Origin: Squalus acanthias
Taxonomy: Eukaryota
Direction of reading: 5' to 3'
Length of the DNA: 64,000 nucleotides
NCBI GenBank assembly: GCA_030390025.1
Contig: CM059432.1
Coordinates: forward strand, 83,578,001-83,642,000
Made by a program: the position numbers and the translations under genes. The notes under the pieces are model-generated. The model did not search any database. It was given only the letters and a program-made list of their open reading frames with translations, and had not been told where the DNA came from. Shown in pieces: positions 45,860 through 58,566 of the stretch (positions within the stretch are counted from its first letter, which is position 1; each line of letters opens with the position of its first letter).

Positions 45860-47630
45860 GGGGTAGAGAATCCACTCCCAGGGCTGGGATTTTGCTCACC
45901 TGGGTGGGTCCGGGCCGGGCGATGTTGGTGGCAGGTCGCGGCCCCGCTGCTGGCTCCATCCCGCTGTCTAAAATGAATTTGCATTAATAGGGCTTGTTAA
46001 GCCCGCACAGTACATTTCCCGGCCCAATTAGAGGAAGCGGGTATGGTGATATCATTCATGACATGTCATCGGCCGGTTTCCTTAAAGGGACCATGGCCAA
46101 CTTTCTTTTGACATTTGTGCTGTCAGTGTTCTACAGCATTGAAGTGTTGCAAACACTGACAAGCACTGCACAGAGGCAGAGGGCTGCACCCAGGCTCTCC
46201 CATATGCTTATGGTGGGAGTCACAGCACGCAGGGAGCTCCTCTTCCCTTCCGATAGGCGAAAGAGACCTCCCCAGGAGACCAAATCAGCCTGGTGCACAT
46301 TGCACAGGAGGGCACAAGCAGGGGTGTGGTCAGGAGGACCTGGGTGCAGTGCCACAAATGTTTCAATGATCTCAGTAGCTCACGAAACGTTAGTACAAAG
46401 CCACACTCAACTTCATCCTGCTGTGCCACTCATCACATCCCCATCACTCTGCCTTCCCTACCCTACTCCTGCACAGCATTACTCACACCAACTTATCTTG
46501 CACCTCCACCCATCCCTCTCTATCTACATTGTCACATCCCCATCTCACTAACCACCCCTCACGCTTACCCTCATCCTAGTGCAATCATACCAACTAACAA
46601 CACACAAGGGTAGGCAATTGGGTGTTTTATCCAATGTTTATGTAAAGTTTCTATTAAAGTGCTGTCAAACATTGAAATCTTTATTTTCAACACTTTCAAG
46701 TCTTGGACAGATCTGTGTGCACCTTTGGAAGTGTCTTAGTGAGTTGTAGTGAATGGTGAGACATAACGGTACCCCCCGCAATGGTGGTGAGTGTGAAAGG
46801 AATGGCTTGGACATTGTAGGGATGCTTTATGGTGTTGGTGTGGGGTGGTGCCAACCTGGCGCATCATGTGGCAGCCAGGGTGTACAGCATCAAGTGAAGT
46901 AAATCTGGCCATGGTGAGGCCATCCCTGGCCTCCCAGGCAGCAATGTGCTCAGGTGCTGGTGCCCTCTGTCCTGTGCAGCATCAGGTGATTGTGGAGAAG
47001 GTTGGTATTGTTGTTGGTGCTGCTGGTGTGCCTGGTGCTGCTGGTGTTGGGGCTGATCGTGTTTGGATTCTGAGGACCAAGGTGAGACAGTATAAAGGGC
47101 ACCCATGCTGATGGACTAGATGGCAGGTGAAGTACAGATGACAGAAGCGATCTGTCAATGGTGAGAGAGGTAATGTGGTGAGACTGGATGGAGACTTGTG
47201 TAAAGACTTGCAGCATCCTGAATCTAGTGCAAATGCAGTGAGGAACAGCTTGTGGCTGAGGAAAGTGATCTTGTCAAGTGGGAGCTTTTACTGTACATTT
47301 GAAGCTGTCAAATAATCAGCTGGAGCAATGGCCACTGAACTCCCACCTCAGGTTGACAGACGTGGTTATCGAACAGCGTAGTTCCCGTGGCCATGAAGTT
47401 AAAGTTAAAAAGTAAGGTAAAAAAGCCTGTTAGGGGTCTGGTAAGTACATTATAATTAGTTTAATTGGGTTGCCCGCCGCTGCTTGTCGGGTCTGCTCAG
47501 CGCTGACAAAATCGACATTGGGAAAGGCGCGTTACGGCGGGTTGACAGCGGGTTCCCGACCCACTGTCAAAAAAAAACAGTTTCCCACCCAACCCGCCAC
47601 CAATCCCGCCCGCTGACACCCCAGGTCTCT
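45860..47630 (-). mobile_element. Non-autonomous Harbinger derivative, same family as 782-4422, inverted
   Basis: Myb exon 1 remnant (TAQRQRAAPR..RRELLFPSD..) and fused transposase N/C-termini (MGALYT..). Right terminus eroded. Confidence 0.85.
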
Positions 47631-48041
47631 GCCAATATTATTGATTCAGCTTCTCGAAGATCAATCAAGAGTATTGGAAAACATTAAGGGGTATGGAATT
47701 AGGTGGAGGATAGAAAAGCGGATTAAAAACTAATTAGAAGGAAGGAAACAGAGAGTAGCGGGGAGAAATTCATTATAGCCCAGGAATGGGCGCTAACTTT
47801 GGAAAAGTTTGAGATTTAGCGCCAGGCGCTAATGAATTTCGCTGCACGCAAAATTCAGTATCATCGCTCAAAGAAAGGATGGGAGCGCTAAATCAAGCGC
47901 TAACGATCTAGCTCAGTGACGTTAGACTCAAAGCGCTCAGCAATTTCAGGTGCAGTCTAGTCGCTAGTCATCATTGCCACAGGCTCTTTCCAGTTCTTAA
48001 AGGGGAGGTTCAATTATGCTGCAGAACCTCATTCTCTGTGT

Positions 48042-48172
48042 GAGAAAGCAGGGATAGGGTACTGGATTTGGATGATCAGCCATGATCGTATTGAATGGTG
48101 GAGCAGGCTCGACGGGCCGAATGGCCTACTCCTGCTCCTAGTTTCTATGTTTCTATGTTTCTATGTTTCTAT
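48042..48172 (+). mobile_element. 130-bp CR1 3' end inserted upstream of the Myb gene
   Basis: GAGAAAGCAGGGATAGGGTACTG..GGCCTACTCCTGCTCC(TTTCTATG)n, matching 53982-54096. Confidence 0.9.
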
Positions 48173-48248
48173 TGCTGGTTCTGCATCTGTCTCATGAAGC
48201 AGCAGAAGGCCAAAGAGAAGGAACCGAACCACTGAAGGAGGTGTCATT

Positions 48249-50015
48249 ATGCAGATCAACGGCCCAGGGAGAGAGCTGGCAGATTCTGCGACCAGGCATT
48301 GGAGGCATTGGTCTTCACTGTGGGGAGACGGAGGGCGGTTCTGTACCCGGCAAGTGGCAGATGGCCCTCGCCGCAAGTCTTCCGCGCCATATGGAGGGAG
48401 GTAGCCCAGTAGGTCTCGGGCAGTACTGTGGTCCCCAGGACCTACACACAGTGCAGGAAGAAATTTAACGACCTCACTCGGGTGGTCAGGGTGAGTCAAT
48501 GCTTCAACAAATGCTACATACCACCATCTGAACCTTAGTCTGCACACACTGCCCAAAGTACCACACCCCCAGCACTCACCCACCAACAATCTCCACCTAC
48601 CAACACTCATAGCCACATCACACACCTTGCACACAATGACAGCTATTCAACTATGGCAGGCACATCTCCCAAACACATTGCTCCACACTCACTCACACAC
48701 TTTCCTCTCTCTTGCAGGCCAAGGTCGCTCAAAACAGGAGGGAGCAGGAGCCCACAGGCGGGGGACAAGCTGACACCCAACCACTGTCTGCGCTGGAGGA
48801 AAGAGTGCTGCAAATCATTGGGCACCAGGTGGTGGGCGCCGTGGCCACCGGCGACGTTGATCCACTTGGGGACAACAACGGTATGTTCATCCCTACTCCT
48901 TCTTCTCACAGTCCACTTCCTCCTCACCCCACAAGCCTTTCCCACTTTCCAGCTAATCATGCTGTATGCATGCCTTTCTCCCTTCCTGACCCCTCCCCTC
49001 ACCTTAACCCGACTCTTGTGCCTTTATGCTTTCAGATAATGAGCAAACAGCTGAGCAGCCTGTCCCATAGAGAGCGAGGCGTAAGAAGAGGAGGACGAAG
49101 AACACAACGCGTCACTGCCTGTCTCACCCGTAGGCACCAGCTCAGATGCTGGCACTACGCGTTCTTTAGAGGCTAGTATGGTAGCGGGATCGGCACAAGG
49201 TGATGCACCGGGGACGAGTCGGCTGCAGCAAGGCCAGGGGGGAAAGGGCAGCTCAGGGGCCAGCTCCCTGGAGGGCGAGTTCGGGCGTAAGATCTGCTGC
49301 ACAGGACTCAGATGAGGACCTCGATGGGTTGGCATTTAGAAGAAGGGTGATGGGCATGCACACGGAGATGATAGGTGCAATTGAAGGGTGCTTGAGATCC
49401 TCTCGGCAATGGTAAGGAGCGTGGAGGAGACCACAACATTGCACAGAACTCCGCGCACACCGTGGAGCCCATCATTTGCAGTCTGCAAAAGATGGTGGAC
49501 TCGCAGAGAGACCATGGTGACCCAGACCTCATGCTGCGTGTGATGGGCGATCTGGCAGCTTCCACTGAAGCACAGGCGGGAGCCACGCAACGTCTTAGTG
49601 CTGTAATGCAGTCTATGCTTGGTGCCATCGATTCTCAGGCTGCTCTCATGCAGTCTGAGTTTGATGCCACGCAAGCTCTGACTGCTGCCACGTGACTGGG
49701 TCTACCACCGTCGACTGGGACTTTCACTGTGTCGCAGCAGGCCAGCAATCTGTGCTCCAGCAGATTGGTAGTGATGCTGAGGTGCTGCCCCGGGGGAGTG
49801 GCAGTGGGTCAGTGGAGCAGGAACCTGCTGTCCTCTCTCAGGATGACAGTATTCCTGCTCCCACCACTGCCACTCCGCCATTGCCCTTGTCGCTGCCTGT
49901 CATCCAACCAGCCCAGACTGCTGCCACCCATGCTGAGGAGGTGCAGTCTACAGCCGGGACTTCCAGTCCCAGAGCTGGTCGAGGGCGTCCTGCAAGGCCA
50001 TCTGAAGTCTCCCGT
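48249..50015 (+). pseudogene. Three-exon Myb/SANT Harbinger partner gene
   Basis: Exon 1 48249-48490 (RERAGRF..WREVAQ*V..RTYTQCRKKFNDL, GTGAGT); exon 2 48718-48880 (TTGCAG / GTATGT); exon 3 from 49036 (TTTCAG). Has stops and frameshifts. Confidence 0.87.
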
Positions 50016-50019
50016 ACGG

Positions 50020-51102
50020 CCGATTCAGTGGCTGCCTCCTTCCTCGCCCTTGTTCCTCCTCCTCATCGTCCTCTTCCTCCTCGTCCTCATCTTCCTCCTC
50101 CTGGTGGCAAGGGCTGGGCTCTCATGCTGGCCAGATTGTGGAGCATGCAGCAGACCATGACGAAATGGGACACCCGCTCAGCCGAGTACTGGAGGGCCCC
50201 TCCCGAGTGGTCAAGGCAGTGGAACCGTTGCTTGAGCACTCCGATGGTCTGCTCGATGATGTTCCTGGTGGCAGCATGGCTCTCATTATATGAGTGCTGA
50301 GCAGGAGTGTTGGGGTTTCGGAGGGGAGTCATGAGCCAGGCGGAGAGCGGATAGCCCTTGTCTCCCACCAGCCAGCCACGAGCTTGATGCGGTGGCTGGA
50401 AGATGCTGGCACAGGATGAAGGCATCATGGCTGCTGCCAGGGTAGCGGGCATTCACATTGAGGATTCGTTGTCTGGTCGCACACCAACTGCACATTAAGT
50501 GAGTGGTAGTCTTTGCGGTTTCAGAAGACCTCAGGATTGTTATGCGGTGCCCGCAAAGCCACATGGGTGCAGTCAATGGCGCCCTGCACCATGGGGAATC
50601 CCGCTATCCTGGCAAAGCCACATGCATGTTCGTCCTGCTTCTCTCTGGCAATGGGGAAGGAAATGTAGTCTCTTCTCCTACTGTAGAGAGCCTCTGTGAC
50701 CTCCCGGATGCAGCGATGGACGGTGAACTGCGAGATGTTAGCTATGTCTCCTGTTGCAGACTGGAAGGAACTGCTGGCGAAGAAATTGAGGGTGACGGTG
50801 ACCTTGACTGCCACTGAGAGAGCCGTGGTCGACCTGATCTGAGGCTGGAGGTCTGGTTGCAGGAGGTGGCAGAGTTCTGTGACCACATCCTTGCTGATGC
50901 AGAGCCTTCTAATGCACTGCTCCTCGCTTAATTGGAGAGAGGAGAAGTGCTCTCGGAATACCCTCGGAGGGTAAGGCCTCCTGTTGAGAGCCGTGATGGC
51001 CCTCCTCCTCCCTCTGGCCACATCTTGCAATCTTTCTCGCTGCCTTCGCTCCCACCGCAGTAGATCCTGGAGGGCAAGGTCGACTGCCAGTACAGCCCCC
51101 AT
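50020..51102 (-). pseudogene. Harbinger transposase (HARBI1-like), disrupted
   Basis: MGAVLAVDL..QGAIDCTHV; GSSHD; GDKGY; IEQTIG..CCMLHN. Stop at 50521 and frameshifts. Confidence 0.92.
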
Positions 51103-52000
51103 TAATGTAACCAAGTGTAGCACTTTGAAATTTTGTCAGAATAAATGTAAGAAATTTTTAGCAGCCACAACACTCCCGATACTAAAGAACCTTTAAATGA
51201 CTGAATTAAACTCTTGCATAATTGCAAACTGACAAGAGGCAGTGAGACAGCACTAACCTGAGAGCAGCGACTGATCCCTTTAAATATCGGCCCTGGAGCC
51301 GCCATGCGACTGCTTCACGCCTCCTCTTCCTGTTGTTGTCAGGGCAAGACGTTAAGGCAGGGGGCAATAATCAATTTGGCAGATCGGGCGCTGAGTGAGT
51401 GTTGCACGCTCACTGACATCACGATCTGCCTGGCGCTAAAGCCCCAGGCACTAACTGTTAGTGGCGGCGCTAAGGGATGACTGGAATTGGCGTGCGGCGC
51501 TGGATTCGCCGCGCCCTGGTGCTACTTCATTAGCGCCCCATTAGCACCCCCGCCAGGTGCTAATGGGAGGCGCTAACCAATTGAATTTCTCCCCCGAGGA
51601 GTTGGGGCAGTTTCTCAGAGTGGTTGGAAGTGGGTAGTGGTGTCCCACAGGTTTCTGTTCTGAGACTGCTTCTGTTCACTGTGTATATCAATGATTTGGA
51701 TATAGGGCTAGATGGTGTGGTGTCCAAATTTGCAGACGATACTAAAATAGAAGGCATCGTAAATAATTCTGAGGACCAAAGAAAGTTGCAAGGGGGTATT
51801 GATAAGATGGTAGAATGGACAAAAAAGTGGCAGAGGAAATTCAATGCCAGTGAATGTGAGGTGGTACATTTTGGTCAAAGAAAGGAATAATGGGGGAAAA
51901 CTGGGTGAATTGGAAGAGCAGAAGGATTTGTTGGTTCAGGTTCATAAGACATTAAAAGCAACACCTGCAACAAGTGCATAAGGCCATAAAAAAAGCTAGT

Positions 52001-53492
52001 TGCTAGAATTTGATGTCAAAATAATGACGAGGCTAATGGCGCTGTTATCCATGTGTAAATGGAACACCAACTTCAGGCGAGGAGCAGATGTGCGGTTAAA
52101 TGCCAATATCCAAAAGCTTCACTATTGACATGCATTGAATGTCGTGAAGTTGCTGTATTTGCAGATATGAACTAAACTCATAGGAACATAGGAACAGAGG
52201 AACAGGAGGAAGCCATTTAGCCCCTCGAGCCTGATCTGCCATTCAATGAGATCACAGCTGATCTGCGACCTAACTCCATATACCCACCTTTGGCCCATAT
52301 CCCTTAATACCTTTGGTTAACAAAAATCTATCAATCTTAGATTTAAAATTAACAATTGATCTAACATCAATTGCCGTTTGTAGAAGAGAGTTCCAAACTT
52401 CTACCACCCTTTGTGTGTAGAAGTGTTTCCTAATTTCACTCCTGAAAGGTCTGGCTCTAATTTGTAGACTATGGCCCCTAGTACTAGACTTCCCAACCAG
52501 CGGAAATAGTTTCTCTCTATCTACCCTATTTGTTCCCCTTGATATCTTGAAAACTTCGATCAAATCACCCCTTAACCTTCTAATTCCAGGGAATACAGCC
52601 CTAGTTTCTGTGTAATCGCTCCTTGTAATTTAACCCCTGGAGTCCAGGTATCATTCTGGCAAACCTACGCTGCACTCCCACTAAGGCCAATATATCCTTC
52701 CTAAGGTGTGGTGCCCAGAACTGCTCACAGTACTCCAGGTGTGGTCTAACCAGGGCTTTGTATAGCTGCAGCAAAACTTCTACCCCCTTGTATTCTAGAC
52801 CTCTAGATATAAAGGCCAGCATTCCATTAGCCTTTTTGATTATTTTCTGTACCTGTTCATGATATTTTAATGATCTTTGTACCTGGACCCCCAAGTCTCT
52901 TTGGACCTCCACTGTTTTTAGCTTTTCACCATTTAGAAAGTACCCTGTTCTATCCTTTTTAGGTCCAGTGGATGACCTCGCATTTGCCTACAGATCTAAG
53001 CAAATGTGAGGTCATCCAACTCGCCACAGAAAGTTTAGTCTTATCAGTACAAGAGTAAGTACCCTTTTAATGATGTGATAATTATTATTAATTGCTGCTA
53101 ACCCACCTCTCTGGCACTTAAAATTAACTATTACAAGTGTAGAGTCTCATTCCTTCATCTTTTGAATTTTTATGGGGCATTTAAAAAATGTCAAATGTTA
53201 AACTTTAAATTTTTTTCTTTTTTTCCATTCTATCTCTTTTTTCTCTCTCTCTTAATCCAGTCTTTCTTTCCCTCTCTTTATTTCTCTTTCTGTACCTGAT
53301 TTGACAGTGAATTCACAAGGAGATACCCTGTTGGTTGCCCTGTTCACTCAGGCCCCAGATGCCCTGTTTCCCTCGCTGTGCCGTTATCAGCTTGCACTTT
53401 CACCAACTTTCTGGGCAAAAATCTTTTGAGCTGAAGGATGCAGGGGCTCGTCTAACTAACAGCAGATGCCCTGCTACAGCAGAATCTGGCCC
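52001..53492. mobile_element. Harbinger-type MITE interrupted by a CR1
   Basis: Ends TGCTAGAATTT / AGAATCTGGCC, flanks AGT/AAT. It splits the old CR1 at KKA|NGIL. Confidence 0.65.
52180..53015 (-). mobile_element. 5'-truncated CR1
   Basis: ORFs 52601-52912 and 52270-52563 (RPHLEYC, VWNSL); (TTCCTATG)n tail. Confidence 0.92.
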
Positions 53493-53621
53493 AATGGAAT
53501 ACTTGTTTTTATGGCAGTATCAAAGTTCATATAATAGTGAATCTAACTAAAACCTCAGTAAGACCACAGTTGGAGTATTGTGTGCAGTTTTGGGCTCCAC
53601 ACTATAGGAAGGATATTAAGG

Positions 53622-54225
53622 CCTAGCAAGCCACTCAGTTGTACCAAACCGCTACAAAGAAGTATAACAGCACTGTGGGAGTATATATATTCGCTAGAGT
53701 TTAGAAGAATGAGAGGGGATCTCATTGAAACTTATAAAATTCTAGACAGACTAGATGCAGGAAGGATGTTCCCGATGGCGGGGGAGTCCAGAACCAGGGG
53801 TCACAGTCTAAGGATAAGGGGTAAGCCATTTAGGACTGAGATGAGGAGGAATTTCTTCACCCAGAGAGTGGTGAACCTGTGGAATTCTCTACCACACAAG
53901 GCAGTTGAGGCCAATTCATTAAATATATTCAAGAAGGAGTTAGATATATTTCTTAAAGCTAAAGGGATCAAGGGATATGGGGAGAAAGCAGGGACAGGGT
54001 ACTGAATTTGGATGATCAGCCATGATCTCATTAAATGGCGGAACAGGCTCGAGGGGCCGAATGGCCTACTCCTGCTCCTATCTTCTATGTTTCTATGTAC
54101 CTTCACCACACGGACTGCAGCGGTTCAAGAAGGCGGCTCACCACCACCTTCTCAAGGGCAATTAGGGATGGGCAATAAATGTTGGCCTTGCCAGTGACAT
54201 TCACATCCCGTAAACAAATTAAAAA
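53622..54225 (+). mobile_element. Short element sharing the 3' tail of the 59893-61248 LINE, interrupted by a CR1
   Basis: AACAGCACTGTGGGAGTA|CCTTCACCACACGGACTGCAG..CATCCC matches 61102-61229. The 5' 45 bp differ (SINE-like). Confidence 0.75.
53685..54096 (+). mobile_element. Young CR1 3' fragment
   Basis: Nearly identical to the reverse complement of 17820-18243; possible GTA TSD. Confidence 0.93.
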
Positions 54226-55720
54226 CATTTAGATATAAGATTAAATGTAAGAGATTTAGGACAGAGAGTAGGAGATTTTTTACACAGAGAGTTGTAAGGT
54301 TGTGGAATGCACTACTGGAGTTAATGATTGAAGCAGAGATCATGCCAACTCTTAAAAATAGGTTAGATAGGTGGTTGAAGGAAAGGAGAATAAAATGATA
54401 TGGGAATAGAGCAGACACATGGGATTAGGACTAATGCTCATATGGAGAATAAACACAAACATTGATTGGTTGGGCCAAATGGCCTATTTCCATATTGTAA
54501 TTTCTATGTAATGAAAATGACCTGGGATTGCTTGCCTGCTAGTTCCCCATTCTTTGTTTGAGGAGATACTTCTGGCTAGTGCTCAGTGCCTGCTCCTGAC
54601 AGCACAAAAAAGATGAAGAACCACCGTATGAGGAATTGTTAGCCTGCACACACTTTCCGCTGCTCCCCTACAGAGTGCATTGGAGTTCCATCATGCAGCC
54701 TGAAGGAACAGGGCCTTTTGCCTTTTCAATATAAAAGAGGGTTCTATTTAAAGCAAGCAAGCTCATATACCTCTGTCACTTTGCAGAAATATAAATGTAA
54801 TCACATTTTTGAGCACTTCTGCAATGTAAGGTGTCAGAGCTTGCCAAGTGATGCAGGCTGGTACAAGCATCTTAAAAAAATTCTGCACAATAGTTCCTGT
54901 GAACACCAAACATGACCTCAAACTTGAAACTAATATTGTACTTAATGTGGAAGATTTTCTTCTTCATCCAGCAAATACTTAATGAATACTTGATGTGCGC
55001 TTATAATTATTTTGGACGAGCAAATTTTCTGTGGCGTGCTCATGAAAAGTTGGATGATACACTGCTTTATAATGACCAGAGTCATGTCATTCACGGTGTA
55101 TTATTCTGCTTCCAATTGCAGGGAGGATTACAGACTGCTGGCTCCGAGTCAGAAGAAACCAGCACAAGATGATTATGTTTCTTCTTTTTTATACTTTTGA
55201 TAATGTGAGGTGTGACATCTATAGATAGACAGATGTCAACCCAGTGGCAGTTTGCTGTTAGTTATTCCAGAAGAAACTGAAGAAAAAATAAAGATGGAAA
55301 ATGGATCAATTAAGTCATTCAAAATATTTTTTCCAAAACTATTGTCTACAATTTTTCTTTATCCAAATCTCAAATATCCAGAGCTTAAATTAAAGTTTCT
55401 AACATAAAATCATTAAAATTATATATTTTAAATACATGTAAATTATCTTTTGTGTTTTTCAGCAGCTTCATCAATATTTTTACTCAGAGACCTCAAACTC
55501 TCTGGAAAGTTTAGATTTGCAGTTGATGTTCTCCCCAGAGCTATCAACCTTTTAGCCGGTAACAGCTATGCAGCAATTCCCAGAATGCTCTAGCCTATAT
55601 GTTCCGATACTATAACAGGAATTCTGAGTTCCTTTGTTTCAAATGATCAAAAAAGCCTCAGGCTGAATTTTCAAAGGTTTTTGAAGTAAAGTTTCACATG
55701 AAAGCACTTATTAACTGTTA

Positions 55721-55891
55721 GAAACACTCAGCAGGTCAGGCAGCAACTGTGGAGAAAGAAACAGAGTTACCATCAGAACAAAAGGTTTTCAATCTGAACC
55801 ATTAGCCTTACCTTCCTCTCTCCACAGATGCTGCCTGATCTTTGTTTACAGCATTTTCTGTTTTTATTTCAGATTTCCAGTATTTTGCTTT
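55721..55891. repeat. Fold-back repeat of the same family as 16052-16160
   Basis: Left arm TCAGGCAGCAACTGTGGAGAAAG pairs with right arm CTCTCTCCACAGATGCTGCCTGA. Confidence 0.7.
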
Positions 55892-56059
55892 GTGACTTAT
55901 CAACTGTTTTATTTTACTTCAGAGACAATAGCCCCGATTTTAACTCCAGGCGAGTGGTGAGCATAGGACCGGTGGGTCGAGCATCAAGGTCACTCCGGCT
56001 CGCCATTGTGAGGTCCCGACCATTTTAACTCCCAGGCATCATTTAAATACACCAGGCTC

Positions 56060-57520
56060 GACTCCCATAAAACCCCATGATACCCAACCCAGTGTTGTGA
56101 AACCCCTGGACTTCCTCAGTATAGAAAAACCTCTGTTGCCTCATTGCACTGCTGGAAAACCATAGGATTATCCTCTCATTTCTGCCAAACCTCAGGGGCC
56201 ACTCTCATGTTGCTAAACCCACCTGCCCAATGTTTGAAAATTTCAAGATCACCTTTGCAGTGCTGTCAAACTCCAAGACTCCCATCCCAATATTGTCAAA
56301 TTCTAGGATCACCCTAACAGTAATACCAAACACCAGGACACCTCTCCTATGTTGCCAAGCACCAGGACTCTGACTGCAATGTTGCCAAACCCCAGGACTA
56401 TCCCTTTAATGCTGCCAATCATCTGGTGTTCCCTCACATGGTGTTAAGTACCAGTATCCTACTCCCCTAATGCTGCAACATTTCAGAACCTTTTCAGGAC
56501 CGTCACCCCAGTTCTGCCAACTCCTAGGAGCAGCTCCATGACTACCAAAGATCAGGGGGAAGAAATTCAGTATCACCCCATTTGGGGCGCAATTATCGGC
56601 CGGGCGCAAAGATTAGCGCCTGGCGCTAATTATCACCACCGACTGCAAACTTGGCTTTTATTGCCCCTGGAGGTGAGTGGAGCGCTAAATCAGGCGCTTC
56701 ACACCGGTCTTAAGGCGCAAAGGCCGAGGAGCGAGGCGCTACCTCAGAGCGCTGGCGAAGCTCATGTGATGTCAGTCAGCAATGGAACACACACACAATG
56801 GCGCCGGCCAGTTCTTGAAGGGGATGGTTGATCTTGCTTTCCATCCACATCCTGCTCATTGCAGCCTTGAATCTCTGCCTGGAGAGACCTGCACATCAAA
56901 TCTGCTGGAAAGAACAATGGAGAGTACCAGGGAAAGAGCTTAGAGTGCAGTCCCCACAGTCTCTTCTAAATCGATACAAGGAATGGCAAATCAAAATGAA
57001 CCTGCAAAGTGCTGCTCAGTACCCAAAACTCCTTCACACAGCGTTGAATCTCTCCAGAAGTCTCTCTCTCTCTCTCTCTCAGGATGCGTGGTTCAAAAAT
57101 GGCACCAACAATAAAAGGCAGGAAGTGGTCGCCTTTAAATAGCGCTCCCCCAGTCCCTTCATGACTGCAATTCGCTCCCCTCAACCTGTCGTTGCTAGCG
57201 TCAGGTGGTAAGGCAGGGGGCGCCACTCAATATCTGCTCCGGGGCGATACCGGGGCGTTGCGCACTCGACTGACGTCACGATCTGCCGGCGCAGGAGATC
57301 GTGGCGGTAGTGTTTAGCGCCGCCGCAAAGTGTCTAGTTAATTTCGTGAGGGGCGCAAACATCGCCGCGCCTGGGCGCTAGATGCTTTGCGCCCCATTAG
57401 CGCCCTCTTAAGGCGCTAACGGGAGGCGCAACCAACTGAATTTTTCCCCCCAGGGGTTTAGCCCAGTGCTACTAAACTCCACAACACTTTCTGCCAGTGT
57501 TACTAAATGCCAGTTTCCAT
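56060..57520. repeat. Degenerate 30-bp tandem repeat split by MITE M1
   Basis: Consensus approximately CCCAGTGTTGCCAAACCCCAGGACxxxCTC, repeated through 56060-56550 and resuming at 57454-57520. Confidence 0.7.
56556..57450 (-). mobile_element. Harbinger MITE family M1, copy 3 (895 bp, inverted)
   Basis: Reverse complement of 16830-17722; CAG TSD (56553-56555, 57451-57453). Confidence 0.95.
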
Positions 57521-58192
57521 ACTTCGAACCTGATAAATGTTTCCTACTGCCTTAATTTATATCTTGGGCTTTTAAAAAGGTAAGCGATAAAATTGGAGTA
57601 CAGAGGTACAGGAACACATAATAATAATTAAGGCCACCGACAGAGTTTTTTAAAATAGAAAATGGAACACAATTGCAGAATTCAACCTGCAAAACATTAG
57701 TTAAAAATCCCAGGTTACCATGTAATAAAAACGCAGTTTGAATTATTCAGTCCCCACAAATCAGTGACCTTGATAATAATACATACACTACATGGCATCA
57801 CATCCCAGTTATTGTGAAACAGCATATCCTACGATTCACCATGAGTAACGTCACAGGAGCTCAGCTAATTCATATAAATATAATATAAATTAATAATAAC
57901 AAACCAGTAGTTGATACAGGCTCCAAAAGAAATACTTCTTTTAAATTCAGCTGAACTAGTATACATAGAGTTAATTAAGTCATAATATAACATTCATCCA
58001 GTTGGCTTCAATTTTCCTAGCTAGACGCACAGATAATGCAGGTAACTTCTCCTCAATTTTTTTATATTTGTTAATATTAGAGTCATATTTACTTAAGTGA
58101 GATGATATCTGTGTGCTAACCATAAAAATCATAAGTTGAATCACAATTAAATATATATGCTGCCAATCTCTACTGAAGCACCATCGAAAGAA

Positions 58193-58566
58193 GCCTTGAA
58201 ATTAGTGATGGCCCGTTTTTGGGTACATAACCAATGGCGCACAAATAGCATGCGCCCCAACTGGGAGGCCCAAGGCCTGCCTGAAATTGGGCCTTGGACT
58301 TCATTTACATTACTTGCTTAGGCCGCAGCGACCGCTTAATAATCCTGAGTGTAGCAGGCCCGTTTCCTGCTCAACTGTGCGATATCCAATTTAACAGAGG
58401 GGTCCTAAAACAGATGTTGGGACTCTTACTTTCATATATAAGGGGCCTAACACCTGTTTTAAGTGGCTGCCAGGGATGCCTGAAAAATTTCCCAATATTG
58501 GAATATTGGGCCGGACATCTTTCAGGCATCCTTGGGGCACAGGACGTTGGTCCCCGAAATTGGCCC
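58193..58566. mobile_element. Small Harbinger-type MITE
   Basis: GC-rich island with ends GCCTTGAAATT / GAAATTGGCCC. Confidence 0.45.

Larger units (their letters stand above)
47759..51595 (-). mobile_element. Two-gene PIF/Harbinger transposon (family B relative), 3837 bp
   Basis: TIR (C)GGGGAGAAATTCA / TGAATTTCTCCCCC, TSD TAG/GAG, convergent Myb (+) and transposase (-). Termini resemble MITE M1. Confidence 0.92.
47650..54510 (+). mobile_element. Old CR1 RT fragment split into four pieces by nested insertions
   Basis: 47650-47758 (..RKQRV), 51599-52000 (GVPQ..KFADD..KKA), 53493-53620 (NGIL..RPQLEYC) and 54226-54510 (LWNAL, 3'UTR) are collinear. Confidence 0.8.
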
